Origin: the human T2T-CHM13v2.0 reference genome, Homo sapiens
Assembly: GCF_009914755.1 (NCBI RefSeq)
Contig: NC_060933.1
Strand: one strand, 5' to 3'
Length of the DNA: 64,000 nt
The translations under genes were made by a program, and so were the position numbers. Below the pieces are notes generated by a model. That model ran no database searches, was not told where the DNA came from, and saw nothing but the letters and a program-made list of their open reading frames with translations. Below are positions 41,561-56,300 of the stretch, piece by piece; within the stretch, counting starts at the first letter, position 1, and the number at the start of each line of letters is the position of its first letter.

Positions 41561-44500
41561 CTATTCGGGTTAATTCCATTCCATTCCATTCGATTGCAAT
41601 CGAGTTGATTCCATTCCATTCCATTCCATTCCATTCCATTCCATTCCATTCCATTCCATTCCATTCCATTCCATTCCTTTCCATTCCATTACGGATGATT
41701 CCATTCCATTGCATTCCATTCCATTCCATTCCCCTGTACTCGGGTTGATTCCATTCCATTCCATTCCAATCCATGCCATTCCACTCGTGTTGATTCCATT
41801 CTTTCCATTCCATTCAAGTTGATTCCATTCCATTGCATTCCATTCCATTCGATTCCATTCGATTGCACTCGGGTTGATTCCATTCCATTGCATTCCATTC
41901 CATTCCATTCCATTCCATTCCATTCCATTCCATTCCGTTCCATTCCATTCCATTACATTCGGATTGATTCTATTCAATTCCCTTATACTCCATTACATTC
42001 CATTCCATTCGGGTAGTTTCCATTCCATTCCATTCCATTCCTCTCCATTCCATTGCACTCGGGTTGATTCCATTCCATTGCATTCCATTCCATTCCATTC
42101 AATTCCATTCCTTTCCATTCCATTCCATTACATTCGGATTGATTCTATTCAACTCCCTTACTCTCCATTACATTCCATTCCATTCGGGTTGTTCCATTCC
42201 ATTCCATTCCATTCCACTCCATTCCATTGCACTCGGGTTGATTCCATTCCATTCCATTCCATTCCATTCCATTCCATTCCGGAAGATTCCATTCCATTGC
42301 ATTCCGTTCCATTCCATTCCCCTGCACTCGCGTTGATTCCATTCCATTCCATTCTATTCCATTCCATTCCCTTCCTTTCCGTTCCATTCCATTCCATTCC
42401 ATTCCATTCCGTTCCGTTCCATTCCATTCCATTCCATTCTACTCGGGTTAATTCCATTCCATTCCATTCGATTGCAATCGAGTTGATTCCATTCCATTCC
42501 ATTCCATTCCATTCCATTCCATTCCATTCCTTTCCATTCCATTACGGATGATTCCATTCCATTGTATTCCATTCCATTCCATTCCCCTGTACTCGGGTTG
42601 ATTCCATTCCATTCCATTCCAATCCATGCCATTCCACTCGTGTTGATTCCATTCTTTCCATTCCATTCAAGTTGAATCCATTCCATTGCATTCCATTCCA
42701 TTCCATTCCCCTGCAGTCGGGTTGATTCCATTCCATTCCATTCCATTCCATTCCATTCCATTCCATTCCAATCAAGTTGATTCCATTCCATTCCATTCCA
42801 TTGCATTCCATTCCATTCCACTCCATTCCAGTCCTTTCCATTCCATTCCACTTGGGTTGATTCCAATGTACTCCTTTCCATTCCATTCCATTCCATTGCA
42901 ATCGAGTTGATTCCATTGCTTTGCATTCCATTCCATTCGATTCCATTTCAGATGATTCCATTCCATTGCATTCCATTCCATTCCATTCCCCTGCACTCGG
43001 GTTGATTCCATTCCATTCCACTCCATTCCATTCCATTCCATTCCATTCCATTGTATTCGGGTAAATTCCATTCCATTCCATTCCATTCCATTCCATTCCA
43101 TTCCATTACAATCGAGTAGATTCCATTCCATTCCACTCCATTCCATTCCATTCCATTCCATTCCATTGTATTCGGGTTAATTCCATTCCATTCCATTCCA
43201 TTCCATTCCATTCCATTCCATTACAATCAAGTTGATTCCATTCCATTCCATTCCATTCCAGTCCTTTCCATTCCATTCCACTCGGGTTGATTCCATTCTA
43301 TTAGTTTCCATTCCATTCCATTCCCTTCCATTGTATTCGGGTTAATTCCATTCCATTCCATTCCATTCCATTCCATTCCATTCCATTCCATTCCCCTGCA
43401 CTCGGGTTGATTCCATTCCATTCCACTCCATTCCGTTCCATTCCATTCCATTCCATTGTATTCGGGTTAATTCCATTCCATTCCATTCCATTCCATTCCA
43501 TTCCATTCCATTCCATTACAATCGAGTTGATTCCATTCCATTCCATTCCATTCCAGTCCTTTCCATTCCATTCCACTCGGTTTGATTCCATTCTATTAGT
43601 TTCCATTCCATTCCATTCCCTTCCATTCCACTCTTGTTGATTTCATTCCTTTCCATTCCACTCGAATACTTTCCCTCCTATTCCACTCGGAACGATTCCA
43701 TTCCATTCCATTCCATTCCTTTCCATTCAATTCCATTTCGTTCCATTCCATTCTATTCCGTATCATTCCATTCCATTCCATTCCATTCCATTCCATTCCA
43801 TTCCATTCCATTCCATTGTACTCGGGTTGATTCCATTCCATTGCATTCCATTCCATTCCATTCCATTCCATTCCGTTGCATTCCATTCCATTACATTCGG
43901 ATTGATTCTATTCAACTCCCTTACTCTCCATTACATTCCATTCCATTCGGGTTGTTCCATTCCATTCCATTCCATTCCACTCCATTCCATTGCACTCGGG
44001 TTGATTCCATTCCATTCCATTCCATTCCATTCCATTCCATTCCATTCCATTCCGGATGATTCCATTCCATTGCATTCCGTTCCATTACATTCCCCTGCAC
44101 TCGCGGTGATTCCATTCCATTCCATTCCATTCCATTCCATTCCATTCAATTCCATTCCATTACAATTCGTTCCATTCCATTCTATTCCGTACCATTCCAT
44201 TCCATTCCATACCATTCCATTCCATTCCATTCCATTCCATTCCATTCCGTTCCATTCCGTTCCAGTCCATTCCATTCCATTCTATTCGGATTAATTGCAT
44301 TCCATTCCATTTCATTCCATTCTATTCCATTCCATTGCAATCGAGTTGAATCCATTGCATTTCATTCCATTCCATTCCATTCCATTCCATTCCGGAAGTT
44401 TCCATTCCATTGCATTCCATTCCATTCCATTCCCCTGCACTCGCGTTGATTCCATTCCATTTCATTCCATTCCATTCCGTTCCGTTCCATTCCATTGCAT

Positions 44501-46480
44501 TCCATTCCGTTCCGTTCCATTCCATTCCATTCCATTCTATTCGGGTTAATTCCATTCCATTCCATTCGATTGCAATCGAGTTGATTCCATTCCATTCCAT
44601 TCCATTCCATTCCATTCCATTCCATTCCTTTCCATTCCATTACGGATGATTCCATTCCATTGCATTCCATTCCATTCCATTCCCCTGTACTCGGGTTGAT
44701 TCCATTCCATTCCATTCCAATCCATGCCATTCCACTCGTGTTGATTCCATTCTTTCCATTCCATTCAAATTGACTCCATTCCATTGCATTCCATTCCATT
44801 CGATTCCATTCGATTGCACTCTGGTTGATTCCATTCCATTGCATTCCATTCCATTCCATTCCATTCCATTCCATTCCATTCCGTTCCATTCCATTCCATT
44901 ACATTCGGATTGATTCTATTCAATTCCCTTACACTCCATTACATTACATTCCATTCGGGTAGTTTCCATTCCATTCCATTCCATTCCTCTCCATTCCATT
45001 GCACTCGGGTTGATTCCATTCCTTTGCATTCCATTCCATTCCATTCAATTCCATTCCGTTCCATTCCATTCCATTACATTCGGATAGATTCTATTCAACT
45101 CCCTTACTCTCCATTACATTCCATTCCATTCGGGTTGTTCCATTCCATTCCATTCCATTCCACTCCATTCCATTGCACTCGGGTTGATTCCATTCCATTC
45201 CATTCCATTCCATTCCATTCCATTCCATTCCGGAAGATTCCATTCCATTGCATTCCGTTCCATTCCATTCCCCTGCACTCGCGTTGATTCCATTCCATTC
45301 CATTCTATTCCATTCCATTCCCTTCCTTTCCGTTCCATTCCATTCCATTCCATTCCATTCCGTTCCGTTCCATTCCATTCCATTCCATTCTATTCGGGTT
45401 AATTCCATTCCATTCCATTCGATTGCAATCGAGTTGATTCCATTCCATTCCATTCCATTCCATTCCATTCCATTCCATTCCATTCCTTTCCATTCCATTA
45501 CGGATGATTCCATTCCATTGCATTCCATTCCATTCCATTCCCCTGTACTCGGGTTGATTCCATTCCATTCCATTCCAATCCATGTCATTCCACTCGTGTT
45601 GATTCCATTCTTTCCATTCCATTCAAGTTGAATCCATTCCATTGCATTCCATTCCATTCGATTCCATTTGATTGCACTCGGGTTGATTCCATTCCATTGC
45701 ATTCCATTCCATTCCATTCCATTCCATTCCATTCCATTCCGTTCCATTCCATTCCATTACATTCGGATTGATTCTATTCAATTCCCTTACACTCCATTAC
45801 ATTCCATTCCATTCGGGTAGTTTCCATTCCATTCCATTCCATTCCTCTCCATTTCATTGAACTCGGGTTGATTCCATTCCACTGCATTCCATTCCATTCC
45901 ATTCCATTCCATTCCGTTCCATTCCATTCCATTACATTCGGATTGATTCTATTCAACTCCCTTACTCTCCATTACATTCCATTCCATTCTGGTAGTTTCC
46001 ATTCCATTCCTCTCCATTCCATTGCACTCGGGTTGATTCCATTCCATTCCATTCCATTCCATTCCATTCAATTCCATTCCGTTCCATTCCATTCCATTAC
46101 ATTCGGAATGATTCTATTCAACTCCTTTGCTCTCCATTACATTCCATTCCATTCGGGTTGTTCCATTCCATTCCATTCCATTCCACTCCATTCCATTGCA
46201 CTCGTGTTGATTCCATTCCATTCCATTCCATTCCATTCTGGAAGATTCCATTCCATTGCATTCCATTCCATTCCATTCCCCTGCACTCGCGTTGATTCCA
46301 TTCCATTCCATTCCATTCCATTCCGTTCCATTCCATTCCTTTTCGTTCCATTCCATTCCATTCCATTCCATTCCATTCCGTTCCGTTCCGTTCCGTTCCA
46401 TTCCATTCCATTCCATTCTATTCAGGTTAATTCCATTCCATTCCATTCGATTGCAATCGAGTTGATTCCATTCCATTTCA
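41561..46480 (+). repeat. Diverged HOR-related layer: one 2976-bp unit (41561-44536) plus a partial, rearranged copy
   Basis: Identical 84-aa ORF-track entries at 41319 and 44295 (offset 2976). Shares HOR diagnostics CCAATCAAGTT, CCAATGTACTCC, GAATACTTT, GGATTAATTGC and CCATGTCATT, but has more private substitutions. Confidence 0.8.
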
Positions 46481-46484
46481 TTCC

Positions 46485-49400
46485 ATTCCATTCCATTCCA
46501 TTCCTTTCCATTCCATTACGGATGATTCCATTCCATTGCATTCCATTCCATTCCATTCCCCTGTACTCGGGTTGATTCCATTCCATTCCATTCCAATCCA
46601 TGCCATTCCACTCGTGTTGATTCCATTCTTTCCATTCCATTCAAGTTGAATCCATTCCATTGCATTCCATTCCATTCCATTCCCCTGCAGTCGGGTTGAT
46701 TCCATTCCATTCCATTCCATTCCATTCCATTCCATTCCATTCCATTCCGTTCCGTTCCATTTAATTCCATTCCATTCTATTCGGGTTAATTCCATTCCAT
46801 TCCATTCCATTCCATTCCATTCCATTCCATTGCAATCAGTTGATTCCATTGCATTCCATTCCATTCCATTCCATTCCATTCCATTCCATTCCGTTCCGCT
46901 CCGTTCCATTCCATTCCATTCCATTTTATTCTATTCGGGTTAATTCCATTCCATTCCACTCGATTGCAATAGAGTTGATTCAATTCCATTCCATTCCATT
47001 CCATTCCTTTCCATTACATTACGGATGATTCCATTCCATTTCATTCCATTCCATTCCATTCCCCTGTACTCGGGTTGATTCCATTCCATTCCATTCCAAT
47101 CCAAGCCATTCCACTCGTGTTGATTCCATTCTTTCCATTCCATTCAAGTTGAATCCATTCCATTGCATTCCATTCCATTCGATTCCATTCGATTGCACTC
47201 GGGTTGATTCCATGGCATTGCATTCCATTCCATTCCATTCCATTCCATTCCATTCCTTTCCATTCCATTCCATTCGGATTCATTCTATTCAATTCCCTTA
47301 CACTCCATTACAATCCATTCGATTCGTGTAGTTTCCATTCCATTCCATTCCATTCCTCTCCATTCCATTGCACTCGGGTTGATGCCATTCCATTCCATTC
47401 AATTCCATTCCATTCCATTCCATTCCATTCCATTCCGGATGACTCCATTCCATTGAATTCCATTCCATTCCATTCCCCTGCACTTGGGTTGATTCCACTC
47501 CATTCCATTCCATTCCTTTCTGTTCCATTCAATTCCATTCCATTCCATTCTATTCGTGTTAATTCCATTCCATTCTATTCCATTCCATTCCATTGTAATC
47601 GAGATGATTCCATTGTTTTGCATTCCATTCCATTCCATTCCATTCCGGATGATTCCATTCCATTGCATTCCATTCCATTCCATTCCCCTGCACTCGGGTT
47701 GATTCCATTCCATTCCACTCCATTCCATTCTATTCCATTCCATTGTATTCGGGTTAATTCCATTCCATTCCATTCCATTCCATTCCATTCCATTACAATC
47801 GAGTTGATTCCATTCCATTCCATTCCATTCCAGTCCTTTCCATTCCATTCCACTCGGGTTGATTCCATTCTATTTTTTTCCATTCCATTCCATTCTCTTC
47901 CATTGTATTCGGGTTAATTCCATTCCATTCCATTCCATTCCATTCCATTCCATTCCATTCCATTACAAACGAGTTGATTCCATTCCATTCCATTCCATTC
48001 CAGTCCTTTCCATTCTATTCCACTCGGGTTGATTCCATTCTATTAGTTTCCATTCCATTCCATTCCCTACCATTCCACTCTGGTTGATTCCATTCCTTTC
48101 CATTCCACTCGAATACATTCCCTCCTATTCCACTCGGAACGATTCCATTCCATTCCATTCCATTCCATTCCATTCCATTCCATTCCATTCCATTTCGTTC
48201 CATTCCATTCTATTCCGTATCATTCCATTCCATTCCATTCCATTCCATTCCATTCCATTCCATTGTACTCGGGTTGATTCCATTCCATTGCATTCCATTC
48301 CATTCCATTACATTCCATTCCGTTGCATTCCATTCCATTACATTCGGATTGATTCTATTCAACTCCCTTACTCTCCATTACATTCCATTCCATTCGGGTT
48401 GTTCCATTCCATTCCATTCCATTCCACTCCATTCCATTGCACTCGTGTTGATTCCATTCCATTCCATTCCATTCCATTCCATTCCGGATGATTCCATTCC
48501 ATTGCATTCCGTTCCATTACATTCCCCTGCACTCGCGTTGATTCCATTCCATTCCATTCCATTCCATTCAATTCCATTCCATTACATTTCGTTCCATTCC
48601 ATTCTATTCCGTACCATTCCATTCCATTCCATACCATTCCATTCCATTCCATTCCATTCCATTCCGTTCCATTCCGTTCCATTCCATACCATTCCATTCT
48701 ATTCGGATTAATTCCATTCCATTCCATTCCATTCCATTCTATTCCATTCCATTGCAATCGAGTTGAATCCATTGCATTTCATTCCATTCCATTCCATTCC
48801 GGAAGTTTCCATTCCATTGCATTCCATTCCATTCCATTCCCCTGCACTCGCGTTGATTCCATTCCATTCCATTCCATTCCATTCCGTTCCGTTCCATTCC
48901 ATTCCATTCTATTCCGTTCCGTTCCATTCCATTCCATTCCATTCTATTCGGGTTAATTCCATTCCATTCCATTCGATTGCAATCGAGTTGATTCCATTCC
49001 TTTCCATTCCATTCCATTCCATTCCATTCAATTCCATTCCTTTCCATTCCATTACGGATGATTCCATTCCATTGCATTCCATTCCATTCCATTCCCCTGT
49101 ACTCGGGTTGATTCCATTCCATTCCATTCCAATCCATGCCATTCCACTCGTGTTGATTCCATTCTTTCCATTCCATTCAAGTTGAATCCATTCCATTGCA
49201 TTCCATTCCATTCGATTCCATTCGATTGCACTCGGGTTGATTCCATTCCATTGCATTCCATTCCATTCCATTCCATTCCATTCCATTCCATTCCGTTCCA
49301 TTCCATTCCATTACATTCGGATTGATTCTATTCAATTCCCTTACACTCCATTACATTCCATTCCATTCGGGTATTTTCCATTCCATTCCATTCCATTCCT

Positions 49401-50580
49401 CTCCATTCCATTGCACTCGGGTTGATTCCATTCCATTGCATTCCATTCCATTCCATTCAATTCCATTCCGTTCCATTCCATTCCATTACATTCGGATTGA
49501 TTCTATTCAACTCCCTTACTCTCCATTACATTCCATTCCATTCGGGTTGTTCCATTCCATTCCATTCCATTCCACTCCATTCCATTGCACTAGGGTTGAT
49601 TCCATTCCATTCCATTCCATTCCATTCCATTCCATTCCGGAAGATTCCATTCCATTGCATTCCATTCCATTCCATTCCCCTGCACTCGCGTTGATTCCAT
49701 TCCATTCCATTCTATTCCATTCCATTCCCTTCCTTTCCGTTCCATTCCATTCCATTCCATTCCATTCCATTCCGTTCCGTTCCATTCCATTCCATTCCAT
49801 TCTATTCGGGTTAATTCCATTCCATTCCATTCGATTGCAATCGAGTTGATTCCATTCCATTCCATTCCATTCCATTCCATTCCATTCCATTCCATTCCTT
49901 TCCATTCCATTACGGATGATTCCATTCCATTGCATTCCATTCCATTCCATTCCCCTGTACTCGGGTTGATTCCTTTCCATTCCATTCCAATCCATGCCAT
50001 TCCACTCGTGTTGATTCCATTCTTTCCATTCCATTCAAGTTGAATCCATTCCATTGCATTCCATTCCATTCGGTTCCATTCGATTGCTCTCGGGTTGATT
50101 CCATTCCATTGCATTCCATTCCATTCCATTCCATTCCACTCCATTCCATTCCATTCCGTTCCATTCCATTCCATTACATTCGGATTGATTCTATTCAATT
50201 CCCTTACACTCCATTACATTCCATTCCATTCGGGTAGTTTCCATTCCATTCCATTCCATTCCTCTCCATTCCATTGCACTCGGGTTGATTCCATTCCATT
50301 GCATTCCATTCCATTCCATCCCATTCCATTCCGTTCCATTCCATGCCATTACACTCGGGTTGATTCCATTCCTTTCCATTCCATTCTTGTTGAATCCATT
50401 CCATTCCATTCCATTCCATTCGAATCCATTCCATTGCACTCGGGTTGATTCCATTCCATTCCATTCCATTCCATTCCATTTCATTCCATTCCATTACATT
50501 ACATTCGGATTGATTCTATTCAATTCCCTTACACTCCATTGCATTCCATTCCATTCGGGATGTTACCATTCCATTCCATT
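46485..50580 (+). repeat. Right duplication, copy 1 (partner 58173-64000)
   Basis: Rare variants shared with the partner: GCAATCAGTTG (~46832/58525), CCGCTCCG (~46896/58594), CCAAGCC (~47101/58799), CCATGGCATTG (~47210/58908), GATTCGTGTAG (~47321/59019), GTAATCGAGATG (~47595/59298), CTTGTTGAATCC (~50386/63808). Confidence 0.9.
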
Positions 50581-53339
50581 CCATTCCATTCCATTGCATC
50601 AGGTTGATTGCATTCCATTCCATTCCATTCCATTCCGGATGATTCCATTCCATTGCATTCCATTCCATTCCATTCCCCTGCACTCGGGTTGATTCCATTC
50701 CATTCCATTGCATTCCCTTCCATTTCATTCCGTTCCATTCCATTCCATTCCATTCTATTCCTGTTAATTCCACTCCATTCCATTCGATTCCATTCCATTC
50801 CATTCCATTCCATTGCAATCGAGTTGATTCCATTCCATTCCATTCCATTCCGTTCCGCATGATTCCATTCCATTCCATTCCATTCCATTCCATTCCATTC
50901 CATTCCCCTGCAGTCGGGTTGATTCCATTCCATTCCATTCCATTCCATTCGGTTCCGTTCCGTTCCGTTCCATTCCATTCCATTCCATTCTATTCGGGTT
51001 AATTCCATTCCATTCCATTCCATTCCATTCCATTCCAATCGAGTTGATTCCATTCCATTCCATTGCATTCCATTCCACTCCATTCCAGTCCTTTCCATTC
51101 CATTCCACTCGGGTTGATTCCAATGTATTCCTTTCCATTCCATTCCATTCCATTGCAATCGAGTTGATTCCATTGCTTTGCATTCCATTCCATTCGATTC
51201 CATTCCGGATGATTCCATTCCATTGCATTCCATTCCATTCCATTCCCCTGCACTCGGGTTGATTCCATTCCATTCCACTCCATTCCGTTCCATTCCATTC
51301 CATTCCATTGTATTCGGGTTAATTCCATTCCATTCCATTCCATTCCATTCCATTCCATTCCATTACAATCGAGTTGATTCCATTCCATTCCATTCCATTC
51401 CATTCCATTCCAGTCCTTTCCATTCCATTCCACTCGGGTTGATTCCATTCTATTAGTTTCCATTCCATTCCATTCCCTTCCATTCCACTCTGGTTGATTC
51501 CATTCCTTTCCATTCCACTCGAATACATTCCCTCCTATTCCACTCGGAACGATTCCAATCCATTCCATTCCATTCCATTCCATTCCATTTCGTTCCATTC
51601 CATTCTATTCCATATCATTCCATTCCATTCCATTCCATTCCGCTCGTGTTGATTCCATTGATGTCCATTCCATTCGGTTTGAAGGCATTCCATTCCATTC
51701 CATTCCATTCCATTCCATTCCACTCCATTCCATTGTACTCGGGTTGATTGCATTCCATTGCATTCCATTCCATTCTATTCCGTTGCATTCCATTCCATTA
51801 CATTCGGATTGATTCTATTCAACTCCCTTACTCTCCATTACATTCCATTCCATTCGGGTTGTTCCATTCCATTCCATTCCATTCCACTCCATTCCATTGC
51901 ACTCGGGTTGATTCCATTCCATTCCATTCCATTCCATTCCATTCCATTCCGGATGATTCCATTCCATTGCTTTCCATTCCATTCCTTTCCCCTGCACTCG
52001 CGTTGATTCCATTCCATTGCATTCCATTCCATTCCATTCCATTCCTTTCCGTTCCATTCCATTCCATTCCATTCCATTCCGTTCCGTTCCGTTCCGTTCC
52101 TTTCCATTCCATTCCATTCTATTCGGGTTAATTCCATTCCATTCCATTCGACTGCAATCGAGTTGATTCCATTCCATTCCATTCCATTCCATTCCATTCC
52201 ATTCCATTCTTTCCATTCCATTCAAGTTGAATCCATTCCATTGCATTCCATTCCATTCCATTCCCCTGCAGTCGGGTTGATTCCATTCCATTCCATTCGA
52301 CTGCAATCGAGTTGATTCCATTCCATTCCATTCCATTCCATTCCATTCCATTCCATTCCTTTCCATTCCATTACGGATGATTCCATTCCATTGCATTCCA
52401 TTCCATTCCATTCCCCTGTACTCGAGTTGATTCCATTCCATTGCATTCCAATCCATGCCCTTCCACTCGTGTTGATTCCATTCTTTCCATTCCATTCAAG
52501 TTGAATCCATTCCATTGCATTCCATTCCATTCGATTCCATTCGATTGTACTCGGGTTGATTCCATTCCATTCCATTCCATTCCATTCCATTCCGTTCCTT
52601 TCCATTCCATTACATTCGGATTGATTCTATTCAATTCCCTTACACTCCATTACATTCCATTCCATTCGGGTAGTTTCCATTCCATTCCATTCCATTGCTC
52701 TCCATTCCATTGCACTCGGGTTGATTCCATTCCATTGCATTCCATTCCATTCCATTCAATTCCATTCCATTCCATTCCATTACATTCGGATTGACTCTAT
52801 TCAACTCCCTTACTCTCCATTCCATTCCATTCCATTCGGGTTGTTCCATTCCATTCCATTCCATTCCACTCCATTCCATTGCACTCTGGTTTATTCCATT
52901 CCATTCCATTCCATTCCATTCCATTCCATTCCGGAAGCTTCCATTCTATTGCATTCCATTCCATTCCATTCCCCTGCACTCGCGTTGATTCCATTCCATT
53001 CCATTCCATTCCATTCCATTCCATTCCTTTCCGTTCCATTCCATTCCATTCCATTCCATTCCGTTCCGTTCCGTTCTGTTCCGTTCCATTCCATTCCATT
53101 CCATTCTATTCGGGTTAATTCCATTCCATTCCATTCCATTCCATTCCATTCCTTTCCATTCCATTCCATTCCATTACAATCGAGTTGATTCCATTCCATT
53201 CCATTCCATTCCATTCCATTCCATTCCAGTCCTTTCCATTCCATTCCATTCGGGTTGATTCCATTCCATTCCATTCCATTCCATTCCATTCCATTCCATT
53301 CCATTCCATTACAATCTAGTTGAATCCATTCCATTCCAT

Positions 53340-56300
53340 TCCATTCCAGTCCTTTCCATTCCATTCCACTCGGGTTGATTCCATTCTATTAGTTTCCATT
53401 CCATTCCATTCCCTTCCATTCCACTCTGGTTGATTCCATTCCTTTCCATTCCACTCGAATACATTCCCTCCTATTCCACTCGGAACGATTCCATTCCATT
53501 CCATTCCATTCCATTCCATTCCATTCCAGTTCGTTCCATTCCATTCTATTCCGTACCATTCCATTCCATTCCATTCCTTTCCATTCCATTCCTTTCCACT
53601 CGTGTTGATTCCATTCCTTTCCATTCCATTCGGTTTGAAGGCATTCCATTCCATTCCATTCCATTCCATTCCATTCTCTACCATTCCATTGCAATCGGGT
53701 TTAATCCATTGCCTTTCATTCCATTCCATTCCATTGCATTCCATTCCGGAAGATTCCATTCCATTACATTCCATTCCATTCCATTCCTCTGCACTCGCGT
53801 TGATTCCATTCCATTCCATTCCATTCCATTCCGTTCCGTTCCATTCCATTCCATTCCATTCCGTTCCGTTCCATTCCATTCCATTCCATTCTATTCGGGT
53901 TAATTCCATTGCATTCCATTCGATTGCCATCGAGTTGATTCCATTCCATTCCATTCCATTCCATTCCATTCCATTCCATTCTTTCCATTCCATTACGGAT
54001 GACTCCATTCCATTGCATTCCATTCCATTCCATTCCCCTGTACTCGGGTTGATTATATTCCATTCCATTCCACTCCATTCGGTTCCGTTGCATTCCATTC
54101 TATTGCATTCCATTCTATTCGGGTTAATTCCATTCCGTTCTATTCCATTCCATTCCATTCCATTCCATTGCAATGGAGTTGATTCCATTCCATTCCATTC
54201 CATTCCGGATTATTCCATTCCATTACATTCCATTCCATTCCATTCCCCTGCACTCGTGTTGATTCCATTCCGTTCCATTCCATTCCATTCCATTCCATTC
54301 TATTCCGATTAATTCCATTCCATTCCATTCCATTCCATTCCATTGCAATCTAGTTGATTCCATTCCATTCCTTTCCATTCCATTCCATTGCCTTGCATTC
54401 CACTCGGGTTGATTCCATTCCCTTCTTTCCACTCCATTACATTCCCTTCCATTCCACTCGGAATGATTGATTCCATTCCATTCCATTCCATTTCATTCCA
54501 TTGCAATCCATTCCAATCCATTCCATTCCATTACTTTCCACTCCATTCCACTCGAGTTGACTTCATTCCATTCCTTTCCATTCCATTCCATTCCATTCCT
54601 TTCCACTCGAGTTGATTCCATTCCATTCCAATCCATTGCATTCCATTCCATGCCATTCCACTCGGGTTGATTCCATTCCTTTGCATTCCATTCCATTCCA
54701 TTCCATTGCATTCCATTCCATTCCATTCCGTTGCATTCCATTCCATTACATTCGGATTGATTCTATTCAACTCCCTTACTCTCCATTACATTCCATTCCA
54801 TTCTGGTTGTTCCATTCCATTCCATTCCATTCCACTCCATTCCATTGCACTCGGGTTGATTCCATTCCATTCCATTCCATTCCATTCCATTCCGGATGAT
54901 TCCATTCCATTGCATTCCGTTCCATTACATTCCCCTGCACTCGGGTTGATACCATTCCATTCCATTCCATTCCATTCCATTCCATTCCATTCCGGATGAT
55001 TCCATTCCATCGCATTCCATTCCATTCCATTCCCCTGCACTCGGGTTGATTACATTCCATTTCCTTCCCTTCCATTCCTTTCCATTCCATTCCATTCCAT
55101 TCTATTCGGGTGAATTCCATTCCATTCCATTCCATTCCATTCCATTCCATTCCATTGCAATCGAGTTGATTCCATTCCATTCAATTCCATTCCGTTCCGG
55201 ATGATTCCATTCCATTCCATTCCATTCCATTTCATTCCATTCCATTCCATTCCATTCCCCTGCAGTCGGGTTGACTCCATTCCATTCCATTCCATTCCAT
55301 TCCATTCCATTCCATTCCGTTCCGTTCAATTCCATGCCATTCCATTCTATTCGGGTTAATTCCATTCCATTCCATTCCATTCCATTCTATTCCATTCCAT
55401 TCCAATCGAGTTGATTCCATTTCATTCCATTCCATTCCACTCCATTCCAGTCCTTTCCATTCCATTACACTCGGGTTGATTCCATTCTATTCCTTTCCAC
55501 TCCATTCCATTCCATTGCAATTGAGTTGATTCCATTGCTTTGCATTCCATTCCATTCCATTCCATTCCGGATGATTCCATTCCATTGCATTCCATTCCAT
55601 TCCATTCTCCTGCACTCGGGTTGATTCCATTCCATTCCACTCCATTCCGTTCCATTCCATTCCATTCCATTTTATTCGGGTTAATTCCATTCCATTCCAT
55701 TCCATTCCATTCCATTCCATTCCATTCCATTCCATTCCATTACAATCGAGTTGATTCCATTCCATTCCATTCTATTCCATTCCATTCCATTCCAGTCCTT
55801 TCCATTCCATTCCAATCGGCTTGATTCCATTCTAATAGTTTCCATTCCATTCCATTCCCTTCCATTCCACTCTGGTTGATTCCATTCCTTTCCATTCCAC
55901 TCGAATACATTCCCTCCTATTCCACTCGGAACGATTCCATTCCATTCCATTCCATTCCATTCCATTCCATTCCATTCCATTCCATTCCACTTCGTTCCAT
56001 TCCGTTCTATTCCGTACCATTCCATTCCATTCCATTCCTTTCCATTCCATTCCTTTCCACTCGTGTTGATTCCATTCCTTTCCATTCCATTCGGTTTGAA
56101 GGCATTCCATTCCATTCCATTCCATTCCATTCCATTCCATTCCATTCCATTCTATTCCATTCCATTGCAATCGAGTTTAATCCATTGCCTTTCATTCCAT
56201 TCCATTCCATTCCATTCCATTCCGGAAGATTCCATTCCATTGCATTCCATTCCATTCCATTCCCCTGCACTCGCGTTGATTCCATTCCATTCCATTCCAT

